A stretch of 63,458 nt of DNA, counting the filler, from Candidatus Woesearchaeota archaeon (lineage in GTDB: Archaea; Nanobdellota; Nanobdellia; Woesearchaeales; JACPBO01), in the NCBI GenBank assembly GCA_016180285.1. It is 3 parts of 3 records of this genome, joined end to end, with 100 filler letters (N's around TTAATTAATTAA, not from the genome) between each part and the next. Parts side by side here need not be neighbours in the genome. Positions count along the whole stretch, not along the records: positions 22,631 to 42,290 come from JACPBO010000023.1; positions 42,391 to 63,458 come from JACPBO010000024.1; 1 more part is not named here. One strand, written 5' to 3'. Shown here piece by piece: positions 40,112 to 50,305 of the stretch (its first letter is position 1; each line of letters begins with the position of its first letter). The notes under the pieces are model-generated. The model was given only the letters and a program-made list of their open reading frames with translations. It had not been told where the DNA came from and did no database searches. The position numbers were made by a program, and so were the translations under genes.

Positions 40112-41526
40112 AAAAACTAGATGCCATATTTAATCCAAGGTCGATCGCAATAATCGGCGCATCAAGGGATGAGAAATCTGTAGGGCATGCTATTTTGAGG
40201 AATCTTACAGTAGGATGTGTTTTTAAATGCAAGTACTGCAGGCCGTTCAAAGGCAGGATTTATCCAATAAACCCGAATGCGGATGAGATTCTTGGAGTAA
40301 AGTGCTATGCTAAACTCGGAGATGTCGCTGATGAGATTGATCTTGCAGTCATTGCTGTGCCTGCAAAGATAGTTCCGGCCATAATGAAGGAATGCGCAAA
40401 GAAAAAAGTTAAAGCTGCAATTATAATTTCAGCAGGATTTGCCGAATTGGGAAGAGAGGGCAAAAAATTACAGGATGCGGTTGTTAAAATATCTAAGGCT
40501 GCAAAAATCCCATTGGTTGGGCCAAACTGCCTGGGCATAATAAGGCCATCTGCTTCAATGAACGCGAGCTTTGCCCCTTCAACACCGCCGCAGGGAAATA
40601 TAGCCTTTATAAGCCAGTCCGGCGCGCTTGCTGATTCCATTATTGACTGGGCAATTGAAGAAAGCTATGGCTTTAGCACGGTAATAAGCTACGGCAACCA
40701 TGCGGGCCTTGATGTTCATGACTTCATGGAATGGCTTGGCAATGATAATGAAACAAAGTCAATTGCGCTTTATATCGAGGGGATAGATGACGGAAGAAAA
40801 TTCATGGAGATTGCAAAAAAAGTCAGCAGAATAAAACCAGTGGTTGTTTTGAAAGCCGGGAAAACACAGACTGGAAAGAATGCTGTTTCTTCGCATACTG
40901 GATCTCTTGCCGGAAGCTATGAAGTTTATGAGGCTGTATTCAGGCAATCCGGGTTGGTTATCGCAGATACAGTTGAAGAATTATTCGATATTGCAAAAGC
41001 ATTGGCTGAGCAACAGCCATGCAGGGAGAATGCAGTTGCTATTGTTACAAATGGCGGAGGATGCGGGGTTTTATGCGCAGACAAATGCACTGAATTCGGG
41101 GTGAATGTTGTTGAGCTGAAGCAGAGCACGATAAATAAACTGGATAAAAGCGGAAAAATGCATCCTGCATATTCAAGGAGAAACCCGCTTGACATTATTG
41201 GAGATGCTCTGCCTGAAAGATATGAAGCTGCGATCAATATCTTATTGGCTGAAGATTACATCCGCGGCCTTATTGTGATACAGACACTGCAGGCAATGAC
41301 TGATTCCATTGAAGATGCGAAGATTGTCATTGAAGCAAATAAAAAATTCCCTTCAAAGCCGATTGTGTGCACTTACATGGGCGGTAGGTTCAGCAAGGAA
41401 AGCATAGAATTGCTGAAAGAGCACAAGATCCCGGATTATAACGATCTGAGCAAATCAGCAAAGGCAATGCAGGCATTGGTCCTGAGAGGAGAGTATTTAA
41501 AAAAGATTGATAAAAACAAAAGTTAA
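40102..41526 (+). CDS. acdA: Acetate-CoA ligase (ADP-forming) alpha subunit
   Basis: PRSIAIIGAS, GPNCLG, ISQSGA, SHTGSLAG (phospho-His), NPLD. Confidence 0.94.
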   Translation: MEIKKLDAIFNPRSIAIIGASRDEKSVGHAILRNLTVGCVFKCKYCRPFKGRIYPINPNADEILGVKCYAKLGDVADEIDLAVIAVPAKIVPAIMKECAKKKVKAAIIISAGFAELGREGKKLQDAVVKISKAAKIPLVGPNCLGIIRPSASMNASFAPSTPPQGNIAFISQSGALADSIIDWAIEESYGFSTVISYGNHAGLDVHDFMEWLGNDNETKSIALYIEGIDDGRKFMEIAKKVSRIKPVVVLKAGKTQTGKNAVSSHTGSLAGSYEVYEAVFRQSGLVIADTVEELFDIAKALAEQQPCRENAVAIVTNGGGCGVLCADKCTEFGVNVVELKQSTINKLDKSGKMHPAYSRRNPLDIIGDALPERYEAAINILLAEDYIRGLIVIQTLQAMTDSIEDAKIVIEANKKFPSKPIVCTYMGGRFSKESIELLKEHKIPDYNDLSKSAKAMQALVLRGEYLKKIDKNKS

Positions 41527-41556
41527 ATCTATATTGTGTGAAATAAAATTTCATAT

Positions 41557-42288
41557 CTATTTGATTGCTGTTTTCCAGAGGATTTCAAACTGTTTTCTGT
41601 AACCATCTGCAACAGTTTTATCTTTAATCAATATTCCGTAAGGGCGTTCTGTAAAAATAGCAATCCCGACATAATTTCCAATAATTACTGTTTCCTGAAG
41701 TTGCTCGAAGTTTCTTGATAAAAAGCGAATGTGAGTCAATGGCTTTTTGTTTAAGACTTCTCCGAATGTTCTGATTGTTTCATCAAATATCTGCCTGCAC
41801 TTAATCTTTTTTTCTATTCTTTTAACATGAAGATTTTTCCACCATGTTTCACCCATAACATCATAAGTAACCCTTGTTCCGCCGCCAAAGGTATTGTATT
41901 CTTTTCCCCCGGAATTCAACAAAAGATTGTAAAGTTCATTAATTCCCCTTTTTCCCCTGAAAATTGATGCGCCCTCTTCTTTTTTAGCCAGTTTTTGTTT
42001 TTCTTTCAGTTCGGGCAAAAGCTCCTCAAATCTCTTCTTTTTGTCATCAATGAAACTAAAAAAGTTTTCAGGGTCTGTGGCCTGGTAAATCTTTCTTTTT
42101 CCCTCTAAGATGAAACTGATCAGGCCTTTCTCTATAAGAGAGTTCAGGGCCCTGTGAACTACAGAATTCTGTAAATTTGATTTTTCCAGGATTGGGCCTG
42201 CAGAAGAGCTGCCTAACTCCAAAAGAGCCACATAGGCTTTGATTTCCGCCTGGGTTAATCCCAAATCTTCCAAAATTGCAACATCCAT
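41557..42288 (-). CDS. TrmB-family transcriptional regulator
   Basis: LGLTQAEIKAYVALL...LIEKGL, ending FEILW. Confidence 0.88.
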   Translation of the reverse strand: MDVAILEDLGLTQAEIKAYVALLELGSSSAGPILEKSNLQNSVVHRALNSLIEKGLISFILEGKRKIYQATDPENFFSFIDDKKKRFEELLPELKEKQKLAKKEEGASIFRGKRGINELYNLLLNSGGKEYNTFGGGTRVTYDVMGETWWKNLHVKRIEKKIKCRQIFDETIRTFGEVLNKKPLTHIRFLSRNFEQLQETVIIGNYVGIAIFTERPYGILIKDKTVADGYRKQFEILWKTAIK

Positions 42289-42290
42289 TG

Positions 42291-42390
42291 NNNNNNNNNN
42301 NNNNNNNNNNNNNNNNNNNNNNNNNNNNNNNNNNTTAATTAATTAANNNNNNNNNNNNNNNNNNNNNNNNNNNNNNNNNNNNNNNNNNNN
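42291..42390. other. Artificial contig linker
   Basis: N run containing TTAATTAATTAA. Confidence 0.97.
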
Positions 42391-42391
42391 T

Positions 42392-42610
42392 GAGCTTCTT
42401 TATCCGACAATAATGTACAATATACTAGGATCAAAAACTTTTGAAGGAAGGGTTTTATATGTATTAGATGAAATCAATCAAAGGGTCACTCCACGTGATT
42501 TCTATAAATATGGAGCAGAAGAAGAAACACAACAAAGAATACGGGCCAGTTACAAAGCATTGCAAGAACTAAAAGAAAGGTTTGAGTCTTTTTGTATGCA
42601 AAGATCATAA
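42392..42610 (+). CDS. Hypothetical protein, 3' fragment at the contig start
   Basis: Open frame from the contig edge (ELLYPTIMYN...) to TAA 42610. Confidence 0.5.
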   Translation, partial: ELLYPTIMYNILGSKTFEGRVLYVLDEINQRVTPRDFYKYGAEEETQQRIRASYKALQELKERFESFCMQRS

Positions 42611-42670
42611 TCGCCGATATTTACAACATGCCCAGATAAATATTTGCGCCATTTGCTGCGGCATTCACCA

Positions 42671-43108
42671 TTATTTGACTCTCTCCCATATGTCCCTAGT
42701 GTATGATATGAAATCTGTTACAGTCACGGTCTTTCTTATACCTAACACTTTAAAATTATTTTCAAGAATGACAAGTTTTTCTTTCAGGACTGCAGGCGCT
42801 GCTTGTTTAAATTCATTTAAAAAATATGAAAGATCATGATATGAGTTGCTAACCCTTCTGGTGATCTTAACAGATAGCGGCATATTGGCAAACCTTTCAA
42901 TATAATCCCTGATTCTTTCTTTTTTTATAAATTCATTCCTGTGGAAATCTTCTAAAATGGGCAATATATTCCTTTCAAAATAAGAAATCACTTCATCCTT
43001 ATCTGGTGGGTGGCAAGGGTAAAATAAAGTTCCTTTTTTTAAAGGAATATTATAACTGCCAATATTTACAACTAATTTTCCATTCAATGTTTCTTTCTCA
43101 GCTATCAT
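42671..43108 (-). CDS. Hypothetical protein
   Basis: 145-aa ORF with GAGGT/AGG upstream. Confidence 0.65.
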   Translation of the reverse strand: MIAEKETLNGKLVVNIGSYNIPLKKGTLFYPCHPPDKDEVISYFERNILPILEDFHRNEFIKKERIRDYIERFANMPLSVKITRRVSNSYHDLSYFLNEFKQAAPAVLKEKLVILENNFKVLGIRKTVTVTDFISYTRDIWERVK

Positions 43109-43384
43109 CCTTAAACCTCTGAAATCAACCTAAAGAACCTGTCAAAAACCATCCATTATAGATGGGTGGCATGATGGACTGTAAGCCATTATTAGCCATC
43201 CTATGCATATAATGGTTTTTGAGCATGCTCAGAATTTTCCACATATAAAAGGTTGGCTTTCCGCCACCAGTCAAAGACTGGATGGAAAATTCCGACATTT
43301 TTATGAGTAAAATATCTTTTGATTTAAAAGCCTTACCATGAATCATGTTAAAGATTTATAAATCAATGCGCATTTCACCATAAT

Positions 43385-43795
43385 ATGAAAAGAAATTTTG
43401 GAAGAGTTTTTGGAGCAGGCATATCTTATCTGATCCTTACCGGCGCAGTTGTTTTAGCTATATGCAGTATTGTAGCCAAAGAAATGCGCAATGGCAAAAT
43501 ACTGAAGAATCCCGTGACAATTGAGGGAAAGGTAGTTTCAAGCGAGCTTAAAGGAAGGAATTTGGAGTTGAGAATTGATTCATCAGATACGCCGGTAGAT
43601 TTCTTAGCATATAGCCTGTCTTTGGGCTTTGGAGATGGCAAGTACAAGCACGATATTGCAATTATTTATGATTTATATGAAAAACTCAAGAAAGGCGATC
43701 AGGTTAAAGCAAAGGGCTTTAGAGATCCCCAGACCAACGCAATATATGGGTCTGATATAGAAAGACTGGAGTATGTTTCTTTGATAAAGAAATAA
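43385..43795 (+). CDS. Membrane-anchored OB-fold-like protein
   Basis: N-terminal TM, VTIEGKV...KGDQVKAKG; promoter at 43350-43363. Confidence 0.65.
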   Translation: MKRNFGRVFGAGISYLILTGAVVLAICSIVAKEMRNGKILKNPVTIEGKVVSSELKGRNLELRIDSSDTPVDFLAYSLSLGFGDGKYKHDIAIIYDLYEKLKKGDQVKAKGFRDPQTNAIYGSDIERLEYVSLIKK

Positions 43796-43860
43796 GTTAT
43801 TGCTTCAAATGAATTGAAAGTCATCGACAGGTATTTAAATAAGCCCGCTTACATAATGTT

Positions 43861-44334
43861 ATGAAGCAAATTTACTTTATTTTTGTAATTATCGCACTAA
43901 TGGGAATAATCATAATCAGCGGCTGCGCTATAACGCCTGAACAAAAACCAGCTCAAGAAGAAGTGTTTGTTAATACAACTCTAGATTATAAGTTTGAGCT
44001 TAAAATCAACGAAACTGCTTTTATAACATCCAATAAAACTAATGACATTATTGAAATAAAATTTTTAGATGTAACTGAGGATTCAAGGTGTCCTTCTGAC
44101 AATTATGTTGCTTGTGCTTGGGAAGGTCAGGCAACGATTATAGTTAATATTTTGAAGAACGATCAAAATCTGGGCAATTTCAGCTTAACTAGCAGGGCAG
44201 CCCATGAAGAACTGGCAGTTAAGGCTTTTGACGGGTATTCGATCAAATTACTAGAAGTCAATCCTAGCCAGAAGGTTGCTCAAAAAATAGAGCTTTCAGA
44301 TTACACTGTGATGCTTGTTGTTTCTAAAGTATAA
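43861..44334 (+). CDS. Putative lipoprotein (DSRCP...CxW.G family)
   Basis: ISGC lipobox-like motif; EDSRCP...CAWEG. Confidence 0.75.
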   Translation: MKQIYFIFVIIALMGIIIISGCAITPEQKPAQEEVFVNTTLDYKFELKINETAFITSNKTNDIIEIKFLDVTEDSRCPSDNYVACAWEGQATIIVNILKNDQNLGNFSLTSRAAHEELAVKAFDGYSIKLLEVNPSQKVAQKIELSDYTVMLVVSKV

Positions 44335-44344
44335 TTAGAAACTT

Positions 44345-45220
44345 TTATTCAAATTCCTTCAGAAACTTAACCAATTCCTTAGCCTTCTCAAATTCCATGA
44401 ATTCCTTTTTTGTCAATGCAGGAATGTCTTTTTCCTTTGGCTTTTTGCTTTTGAAAATAACAAGCTTATCAGCATCTATCAGCTTTGACAGCGGCTTTAA
44501 CTGGGGGCTTGTTTTATCCCCGATTTCAGTAAGGATGATCTCCTTCTCTTTTTTTGCTATGACATCGAAGGGGGCTTTCTTTGTTTCAGCTGCCTCGAAG
44601 CCAAGATCGCTGTATTTTTTTGTTACATCTGTTTTTCCCTCTGCTGCCTGAGAAATATCTGCAACAGAAAAAATGTTTATTTTTTCAAAGACGCTCGGGC
44701 CAAGAGCATCATACATGCGGCGCGCTTTGTTTATTGTAATATCTGCCTTTCCTTCCTCATATCTCTGTATCATCTTTCTGCTGACTCCGAGCTTTTTTGC
44801 CAGAGCAGACAGTGAAAATCCTTTTTCCTCTATCTTTTCTTTCAGAATATCGGGAGCTATTTTTGCCTTCAATCCCGCCCTGTCGCGCATAATGAATGGC
44901 ATCCTGTTGCCGATGCAGCTGCAGAAGGTGTTGTAATTAAGCGTATGGATCCCAAATCTTGAATAAACAACATTGTCCTCTAATTTAACAGCTGCTTTCT
45001 CCGCTATTACAGCCGGGCTTCCCCCGATATAGCTGCTTATCCTCTGCATTTCCCTTGCGTATTCCCCTGAAATTGAATTCGCGTCTTCAAGAACTTTTAT
45101 CAATAAGATCTGGCTTTCCTTCCTTGCCACAATGTCAAAGCAGGTTCTGGTCAGGGATTTCAGCGTATAGCCTGCTTTAAGAAGATAGATGCTTATTTTT
45201 TCCAATAAGGACTGCTTCAT
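44345..45220 (-). CDS. Archaeal Xre-HTH regulator (MJ1164-like)
   Basis: FDIVARK..LLIKVL, central HTH (SLSALAKKLGVSRKMIQRYE), APFDVIA. Confidence 0.85.
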   Translation of the reverse strand: MKQSLLEKISIYLLKAGYTLKSLTRTCFDIVARKESQILLIKVLEDANSISGEYAREMQRISSYIGGSPAVIAEKAAVKLEDNVVYSRFGIHTLNYNTFCSCIGNRMPFIMRDRAGLKAKIAPDILKEKIEEKGFSLSALAKKLGVSRKMIQRYEEGKADITINKARRMYDALGPSVFEKINIFSVADISQAAEGKTDVTKKYSDLGFEAAETKKAPFDVIAKKEKEIILTEIGDKTSPQLKPLSKLIDADKLVIFKSKKPKEKDIPALTKKEFMEFEKAKELVKFLKEFE

Positions 45221-45317
45221 AAAGAAAAAGGAATATTTGTAATTTTAAATAGTTTGCTATTAAGTTTCCTTTCAGGCAGTTTGCAGAAAGTTTTAAATGC
45301 TGGCATAAAATTCCATC

Positions 45318-46250
45318 ATGAAAATGTCAGGCAAATTTATCAAATCAGAACATGCGTATAGGATATTGACTGCCCATCCGGATGATGAAATACTGATCTC
45401 AGGATTACTGCAAAGGCTAATCAGCACAGGCTCAAATATTGATTTTGCCTGTTTAACAGACGGCAACCAAAAGGTTTCCGGAGATATAAGGATCAAAGAG
45501 CTTGAAAAAAGCCTTTCAATGATAGGCTACGAGAAACCATTAAACAGCATGTTGGAGGAAAAAAAGATTTATGACGCTGTTCTTAAAGGCGATAATGAGG
45601 GGCTATTGGGCCTGATTGAGGAAGCAGCAGCAAGTATAAGCCAAGGATTGGAAGCATACGATCGTCTGCTGGTTCCTGATTTCAGCGGAGGCCATTTTAT
45701 CCATGATCTTGTCCACTATCTTGCAGCAGCATCTGTTAAAAAAAACCATCTGGCAGGAAAGTGCGCAATCTATGAGTACCCTCAAATCTATCTTGCTGGC
45801 GCTGACAACCTTTCTATAGAAGATGCGCTCGTCATAAGCGAGCATATCCGTGAAGGAAGAATAACTGAATTTCGGTTTAGAGTAATTATTGGAGAATTAT
45901 GCCCAAAAAAATACAACGATTATCCTGATGACAAAAATATAGGCATGGCTGATGGAAGAATAGAACTGACAGAAGAGGAGCTCTCCAGGAAGGGAAAGCA
46001 AAAAGAAGCGCATGAAAGCCAAAAAGAGCATCTAGATCGTTATAAAAAAGATTACGATGACGCGCATAAGCGCTCAGAGATTATCAGATGGGTTCCTCCA
46101 GACACAGATTACACTAAAAAACCGATGCCAGGCCCCTGTCTTTATGAGGTATGCTCTTGGCGTAAAAAAGAAGACCAGCAAAGGATAGTGAACTTTGAAG
46201 ATTTCAGAAGGGTTGTCGAGCTTACTGAAAATCAGTTTATTGCATTTTAA
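45318..46250 (+). CDS. PIG-L/LmbE-family metal deacetylase
   Basis: AHPDDE, LTDG, R..E, GGHFIHD, AHESQ. Confidence 0.85.
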   Translation: MKMSGKFIKSEHAYRILTAHPDDEILISGLLQRLISTGSNIDFACLTDGNQKVSGDIRIKELEKSLSMIGYEKPLNSMLEEKKIYDAVLKGDNEGLLGLIEEAAASISQGLEAYDRLLVPDFSGGHFIHDLVHYLAAASVKKNHLAGKCAIYEYPQIYLAGADNLSIEDALVISEHIREGRITEFRFRVIIGELCPKKYNDYPDDKNIGMADGRIELTEEELSRKGKQKEAHESQKEHLDRYKKDYDDAHKRSEIIRWVPPDTDYTKKPMPGPCLYEVCSWRKKEDQQRIVNFEDFRRVVELTENQFIAF

Positions 46251-46294
46251 TATTCTGGAGTTCTCTTCGTGAACTATTTTATCACTTAAAAATA

Positions 46295-47044
46295 ATGAAG
46301 ATGGAAAGATTTAAATATGGCTTAGAAGAAACAAAAGATATGCATAGGGGCTGCGGAGTTTATGTAAGTGGAACAGAGGAGTCAAAAGAAATCGCAAAAC
46401 TATTGGGATTTCCAATAAAATTATTTAACCCGGCTCTTATCAAGAATCAGAGGATAATTCTGGTTTGCGGCGATGGTTATGAGCATCAAATGAGCCACAA
46501 GGTCTCCAAAGCTATCAAATGTGAGTTTTCTAAAATAGTTATTGATGCGCATCACGATATAAAAAGAAAAGAAGTTATAGACTCAGCCTCTCATGTGCGT
46601 TATTCAGTAGAGTCCATCAAGAAATTAAAAAACCTCTATATGTCGGGTTATAAAGACAGGTATTACGGGGAGTTATCTGTATTTGCAAGGGAACAGGCTG
46701 AAGCAGGGAAGGTTCGCTTTGAACAAAAATTGGGCTATTTAAACGAAATAAAAGGAGAGATATTACATGCCTCTTTAGATCTAGATGTGTTAAAAGGCTG
46801 CGGTTTCTGCTCTGAAGAATTCAAAAGGAATGAAAGAAATATAGAAGAAGAGACATACGGCATGTATGATTTCTATGAAGGCCCGACACTAGGAGAAGTT
46901 TTAGCTGTGATGTCTGTTGTGAAGCAAAATAACGATGTTATAGCGCTTGATATTTGCGGCCTGGACATCAGGCAGGCAACTAAAAATAATGCAGCTAAGG
47001 GCGTTGATGCTTATAGGAAAACAATTGATCTTTTTTTGAATTAA
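46295..47044 (+). CDS. Arginase/ureohydrolase-fold protein, divergent
   Basis: GDGYEH, IDAHHD, HASLDLDVL, ALDICG. Confidence 0.75.
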   Translation: MKMERFKYGLEETKDMHRGCGVYVSGTEESKEIAKLLGFPIKLFNPALIKNQRIILVCGDGYEHQMSHKVSKAIKCEFSKIVIDAHHDIKRKEVIDSASHVRYSVESIKKLKNLYMSGYKDRYYGELSVFAREQAEAGKVRFEQKLGYLNEIKGEILHASLDLDVLKGCGFCSEEFKRNERNIEEETYGMYDFYEGPTLGEVLAVMSVVKQNNDVIALDICGLDIRQATKNNAAKGVDAYRKTIDLFLN

Positions 47045-47088
47045 TGTTATTGAAAAAGTATAAATACAACCTCTTTATTAATTTCTCA

Positions 47089-47649
47089 ATGATCATCACA
47101 ATCTCAGGCAAGCCCGGATCCGGGAAAAGCACTGCTGGGAAGCTGATTGCAAAGAAATTAAAGTTAAAACATTATTCTGTCGGGGATCTCAGAAGAGAAA
47201 TAGCCAAAAAACACGGCTTAACTATAGATGAGCTGAATAAGGTCGGTGAAAATGAGGAATGGACAGACAAAGAAGCTGATGATTACCAAAAGGAACTTGG
47301 CCTGGCAGAAGACAACTTCATCATAGATGGCTGGGTTTCATTTTATTTTATACCTAATTCCATCAAGATCTTTCTGGATGTTGACCTTCACGAGGCAGCG
47401 AGAAGAATATTCAAAGACCAAAGGCCAAGCGAGGAGCATAAAAATACAGTTGATGAAGTTTTTAAGATGATTAAGCACAGGCTGGAAGAAACAACCAGAA
47501 GATATGAAAAACATTATGGCATAAAGGATTTCACAGATAAAAAATACTATAACCTAATAATCAATACAACAAGCCTGACAATTGATCAGGTTGCCGATAA
47601 AATACTTGATTTTGTCAAAAATAAAACCAAAAAACCAACACATTTATAA
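47089..47649 (+). CDS. cmk: Cytidylate kinase (archaeal type)
   Basis: IITISGKPGSGKST, KIFL, RYEKHYGI, LIINT. Confidence 0.9.
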   Translation: MIITISGKPGSGKSTAGKLIAKKLKLKHYSVGDLRREIAKKHGLTIDELNKVGENEEWTDKEADDYQKELGLAEDNFIIDGWVSFYFIPNSIKIFLDVDLHEAARRIFKDQRPSEEHKNTVDEVFKMIKHRLEETTRRYEKHYGIKDFTDKKYYNLIINTTSLTIDQVADKILDFVKNKTKKPTHL

Positions 47650-47726
47650 ATACCTTCCTTATTTTCCATGATATAATTTCTACTGATTGCTAAAAAAGTA
47701 GGAATAACTAAAGAAATAAAACCAAA

Positions 47727-48404
47727 ATGAAAATAAGCAAAAAAGACTTCATTGAAATTGAATACACAGGGAAGCTGAAAGACGACAACATAGTTTTTGA
47801 CACAACTGACAAAAAGGTTGCAGAAGAAAACAAGATCTATGACGAAAAAATAAGCTATGGCCCTGTCACAATCTGCGTTGGCGAAAGCCAGATAGTTGCC
47901 GGGCTGGATAAGGCCCTGGAAGGCAAGGAAACAGAAAAGAATTATGTGATTAACCTGGCGCCAAATGAGGCATTCGGAGAGAAGAATGCAAAGCTCATGA
48001 AGCTTGTGCCGTTAAGCATGTTCAGGAAGCAGGGAATGCAGCCGTTTGTGGGATTGCAGGTGAATATTGACAATGTTATCGGGACAATAAGGACAATCAC
48101 CGGCGGCAGGGTAATTGTCGATTTCAATCATCCGTTATCAGGAAGGGATTTGGCATACAATGTGAAGGTAAACAGGCTGGTTACAGACAAGAAAGAGCAG
48201 CTCGCTTCATTATTGAAAATGCTGGGCATTAAAGAGCCGAAAATAGAGTTAAATGAAGGCAAAGCAATAATAGAGCTTGAGCAGGAACTGCCAAATGAGG
48301 CAAAAGAAGAGCTTGCTAAAAAATTAAAGGAAACTGTTGAAATAAAAGAGATAGAATTCGTAAAACTGCAAAAAGAAAAAGTTAATAAACAAGTAATAAA
48401 ATAG
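47727..48404 (+). CDS. slyD: FKBP-type peptidyl-prolyl isomerase (SlyD-like, archaeal long type)
   Basis: IEYTGKL...FDTT, EAFG, VDFNHPLSG. Confidence 0.9.
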   Translation: MKISKKDFIEIEYTGKLKDDNIVFDTTDKKVAEENKIYDEKISYGPVTICVGESQIVAGLDKALEGKETEKNYVINLAPNEAFGEKNAKLMKLVPLSMFRKQGMQPFVGLQVNIDNVIGTIRTITGGRVIVDFNHPLSGRDLAYNVKVNRLVTDKKEQLASLLKMLGIKEPKIELNEGKAIIELEQELPNEAKEELAKKLKETVEIKEIEFVKLQKEKVNKQVIK

Positions 48405-48435
48405 TATCATTTGAGAGTTAATATGAGGTGGAAAA

Positions 48436-49560
48436 TTGGCTGATTTTATACAGGATCAATATGATGAGCATGTGAAAGCAAAAGCGCCAGGCGCCAAGCT
48501 GCAGCACAAGGCGAATGTCATGGATGCTGAGCTTGAGGAAATGCTTTCCAAGCAAAAAGCTACAATAAAGGTCGTAGGCACAGGCGGCGGCGGGAACAAC
48601 ACAATAAACAGGATAACTGAAATTGGAGTTGTTGGGGCAGAAACTATTGCTGTCAACACAGATGCCCAGGACTTATTGTTCACAACTGCTGACAGGAAGA
48701 TACTTATTGGCAAAGATCTGACTCACGGCATGGGAGCAGGCTCGATTCCAAAAGTCGGGGAAGAGGCTGCAAGGGAAAATGAGCACGATATAAAAGAATC
48801 ACTGGCAGGAGCTGACATGGTGTTCATAACGTGCGGCTTGGGCGGGGGAACAGGAACAGGATCTGCTCCGGTAATTGCTGATGTTGCTAAAAAAATGGGA
48901 GCATTGACAGTCGGGGTTGTTACACTGCCGTTTTCAATGGAAGGCAAAACACGATATGAAAATGCAATCATCGGTCTGGAAAAGCTTGAGCAGCTTGTTG
49001 ATACGTTAATTGTCATTCCTAATGATAAATTGCTTGAATTGGCTCCGGATCTGCCTTTGCACACCGCATTTAAGGTTGCAGATGAGATCCTGACAAATGC
49101 TGTAAAAGGAATTGCAGAGCTTATAACAAAAGCAGGATTGGTAAATCTGGACTTTGCTGACATAAGGACTGTCATGACAAACGGCGGAGTTGCCTTGATT
49201 GGCGTAGGCGAGTCAGACTCTGAAAACAGGGCAGTTGAAGCTGTTGAAAAGGCAATCAACAATCCTCTGCTTGATGCTGATATTTCAGGGGCAAGCGGCG
49301 CATTGATCAATGTTTGCGGCGGCCCTGATATGACGCTTAATGAAGCGCGCGTTGTTGTGGAGACAATATCCGAAAGAATTGACCCTGATGCAAGGATCAT
49401 ATGGGGAGCCCAGATTGCAGATGACCTGGACAAGACAATACGGGCAATGCTTATTGTTACAGGCGTCAAATCACCGCAGATATTCGGCCCGGAAAGAAAG
49501 ATGGGCGAAAGAAGGAAAAAAGAAATTGAGGAAGAACTCGGCATAGAGTTTGTTAATTAA
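48436..49560 (+). CDS. ftsZ: Cell division protein FtsZ
   Basis: [29 protein letters not shown] start after GAGGTG. Confidence 0.98.
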   Translation: MADFIQDQYDEHVKAKAPGAKLQHKANVMDAELEEMLSKQKATIKVVGTGGGGNNTINRITEIGVVGAETIAVNTDAQDLLFTTADRKILIGKDLTHGMGAGSIPKVGEEAARENEHDIKESLAGADMVFITCGLGGGTGTGSAPVIADVAKKMGALTVGVVTLPFSMEGKTRYENAIIGLEKLEQLVDTLIVIPNDKLLELAPDLPLHTAFKVADEILTNAVKGIAELITKAGLVNLDFADIRTVMTNGGVALIGVGESDSENRAVEAVEKAINNPLLDADISGASGALINVCGGPDMTLNEARVVVETISERIDPDARIIWGAQIADDLDKTIRAMLIVTGVKSPQIFGPERKMGERRKKEIEEELGIEFVN

Positions 49561-49561
49561 G

Positions 49562-49756
49562 ATGGACTTTGCTTCTTTGACTTCAAGATTTAAGGCATTT
49601 ATTGAGGAATGCAGAAGGGTTTTGCTCATTACAAAGAAGCCCACAAAAGACGAGTTCAAGACAATAGTCAAGGTTTCGGGAATAGGGATGCTGGTGATCG
49701 GCATTATTGGCTTTATAATCCAGATGTTTTATTTGATCATGATAAAAGGTGGCTAA
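49562..49756 (+). CDS. secE: Protein translocase SecE/Sec61-gamma
   Basis: RVLLITKKPTKDEF plus a TM; conserved position after ftsZ. Confidence 0.93.
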   Translation: MDFASLTSRFKAFIEECRRVLLITKKPTKDEFKTIVKVSGIGMLVIGIIGFIIQMFYLIMIKGG

Positions 49757-50290
49757 ATGGAAGAATCAAAAGAAGAAACAAAAATATTTGTATTAAGGAC
49801 AACTGCAAACAGGGAAGACCAGGTTATGGATTTTGTTGTAAACAATGCTGCAAAGAGAAAGCTCGAGGTTTATTCAATAATAAAGCCGCATGGGCTAAGA
49901 AGCTATATATTCCTTGAAGCAGCAACAAAGCTTGATGCTGAGCAGGCTGCACTTAACATCACCTATGCAAGAGGCATTCTGCCTAAGGAAGTGAAATACG
50001 AGGAAATTGAGCACATGCTTGAGCAGGTAAAGCGGGAGATGAATATTCAGAAAAATGATATTGTTGAGATTATTTCAGGCCCATTTAAAAGGGAGCAGGC
50101 AAAGGTTTCAAGAATAGACAAAACAAAAGAAGAAGTTGTTGTTGAACTGCTTGAAGCAGCTGTCCCGATCCCTATAACTGTGAAGATGGACGCTGTAAAG
50201 GTCATAAGGCGGGAATCAGAAGCGACTGAAGCAAAGTATGAAGCAGGAGAAGAATCTGAAGAAGAGCCGTCTGAGGACAATGTTTCTTAG
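49757..50290 (+). CDS. spt5: Transcription elongation factor Spt5
   Basis: NGN domain plus KOW (VEIISGPFK); acidic tail. Confidence 0.95.
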   Translation: MEESKEETKIFVLRTTANREDQVMDFVVNNAAKRKLEVYSIIKPHGLRSYIFLEAATKLDAEQAALNITYARGILPKEVKYEEIEHMLEQVKREMNIQKNDIVEIISGPFKREQAKVSRIDKTKEEVVVELLEAAVPIPITVKMDAVKVIRRESEATEAKYEAGEESEEEPSEDNVS

Positions 50291-50305
50291 AATAGGAGAG
50301 GCATT

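Noticed and set aside
43125..43346. 73-aa minus-strand ORF
   Set aside because: No recognisable motif or SD, and it begins within the divergent promoter region; not supportable.
30833..43367. 18-bp inverted match aaagatttataaatcaat (30833-30850 and 43350-43367)
   Set aside because: Explained by the BRE-TATA consensus; the copies are on different contigs.
48723..49544. Long antisense ORFs (also 20923-21678, 14764-15396, 55700-56149)
   Set aside because: Shadows of well-conserved genes on the opposite strand, with no independent signals.
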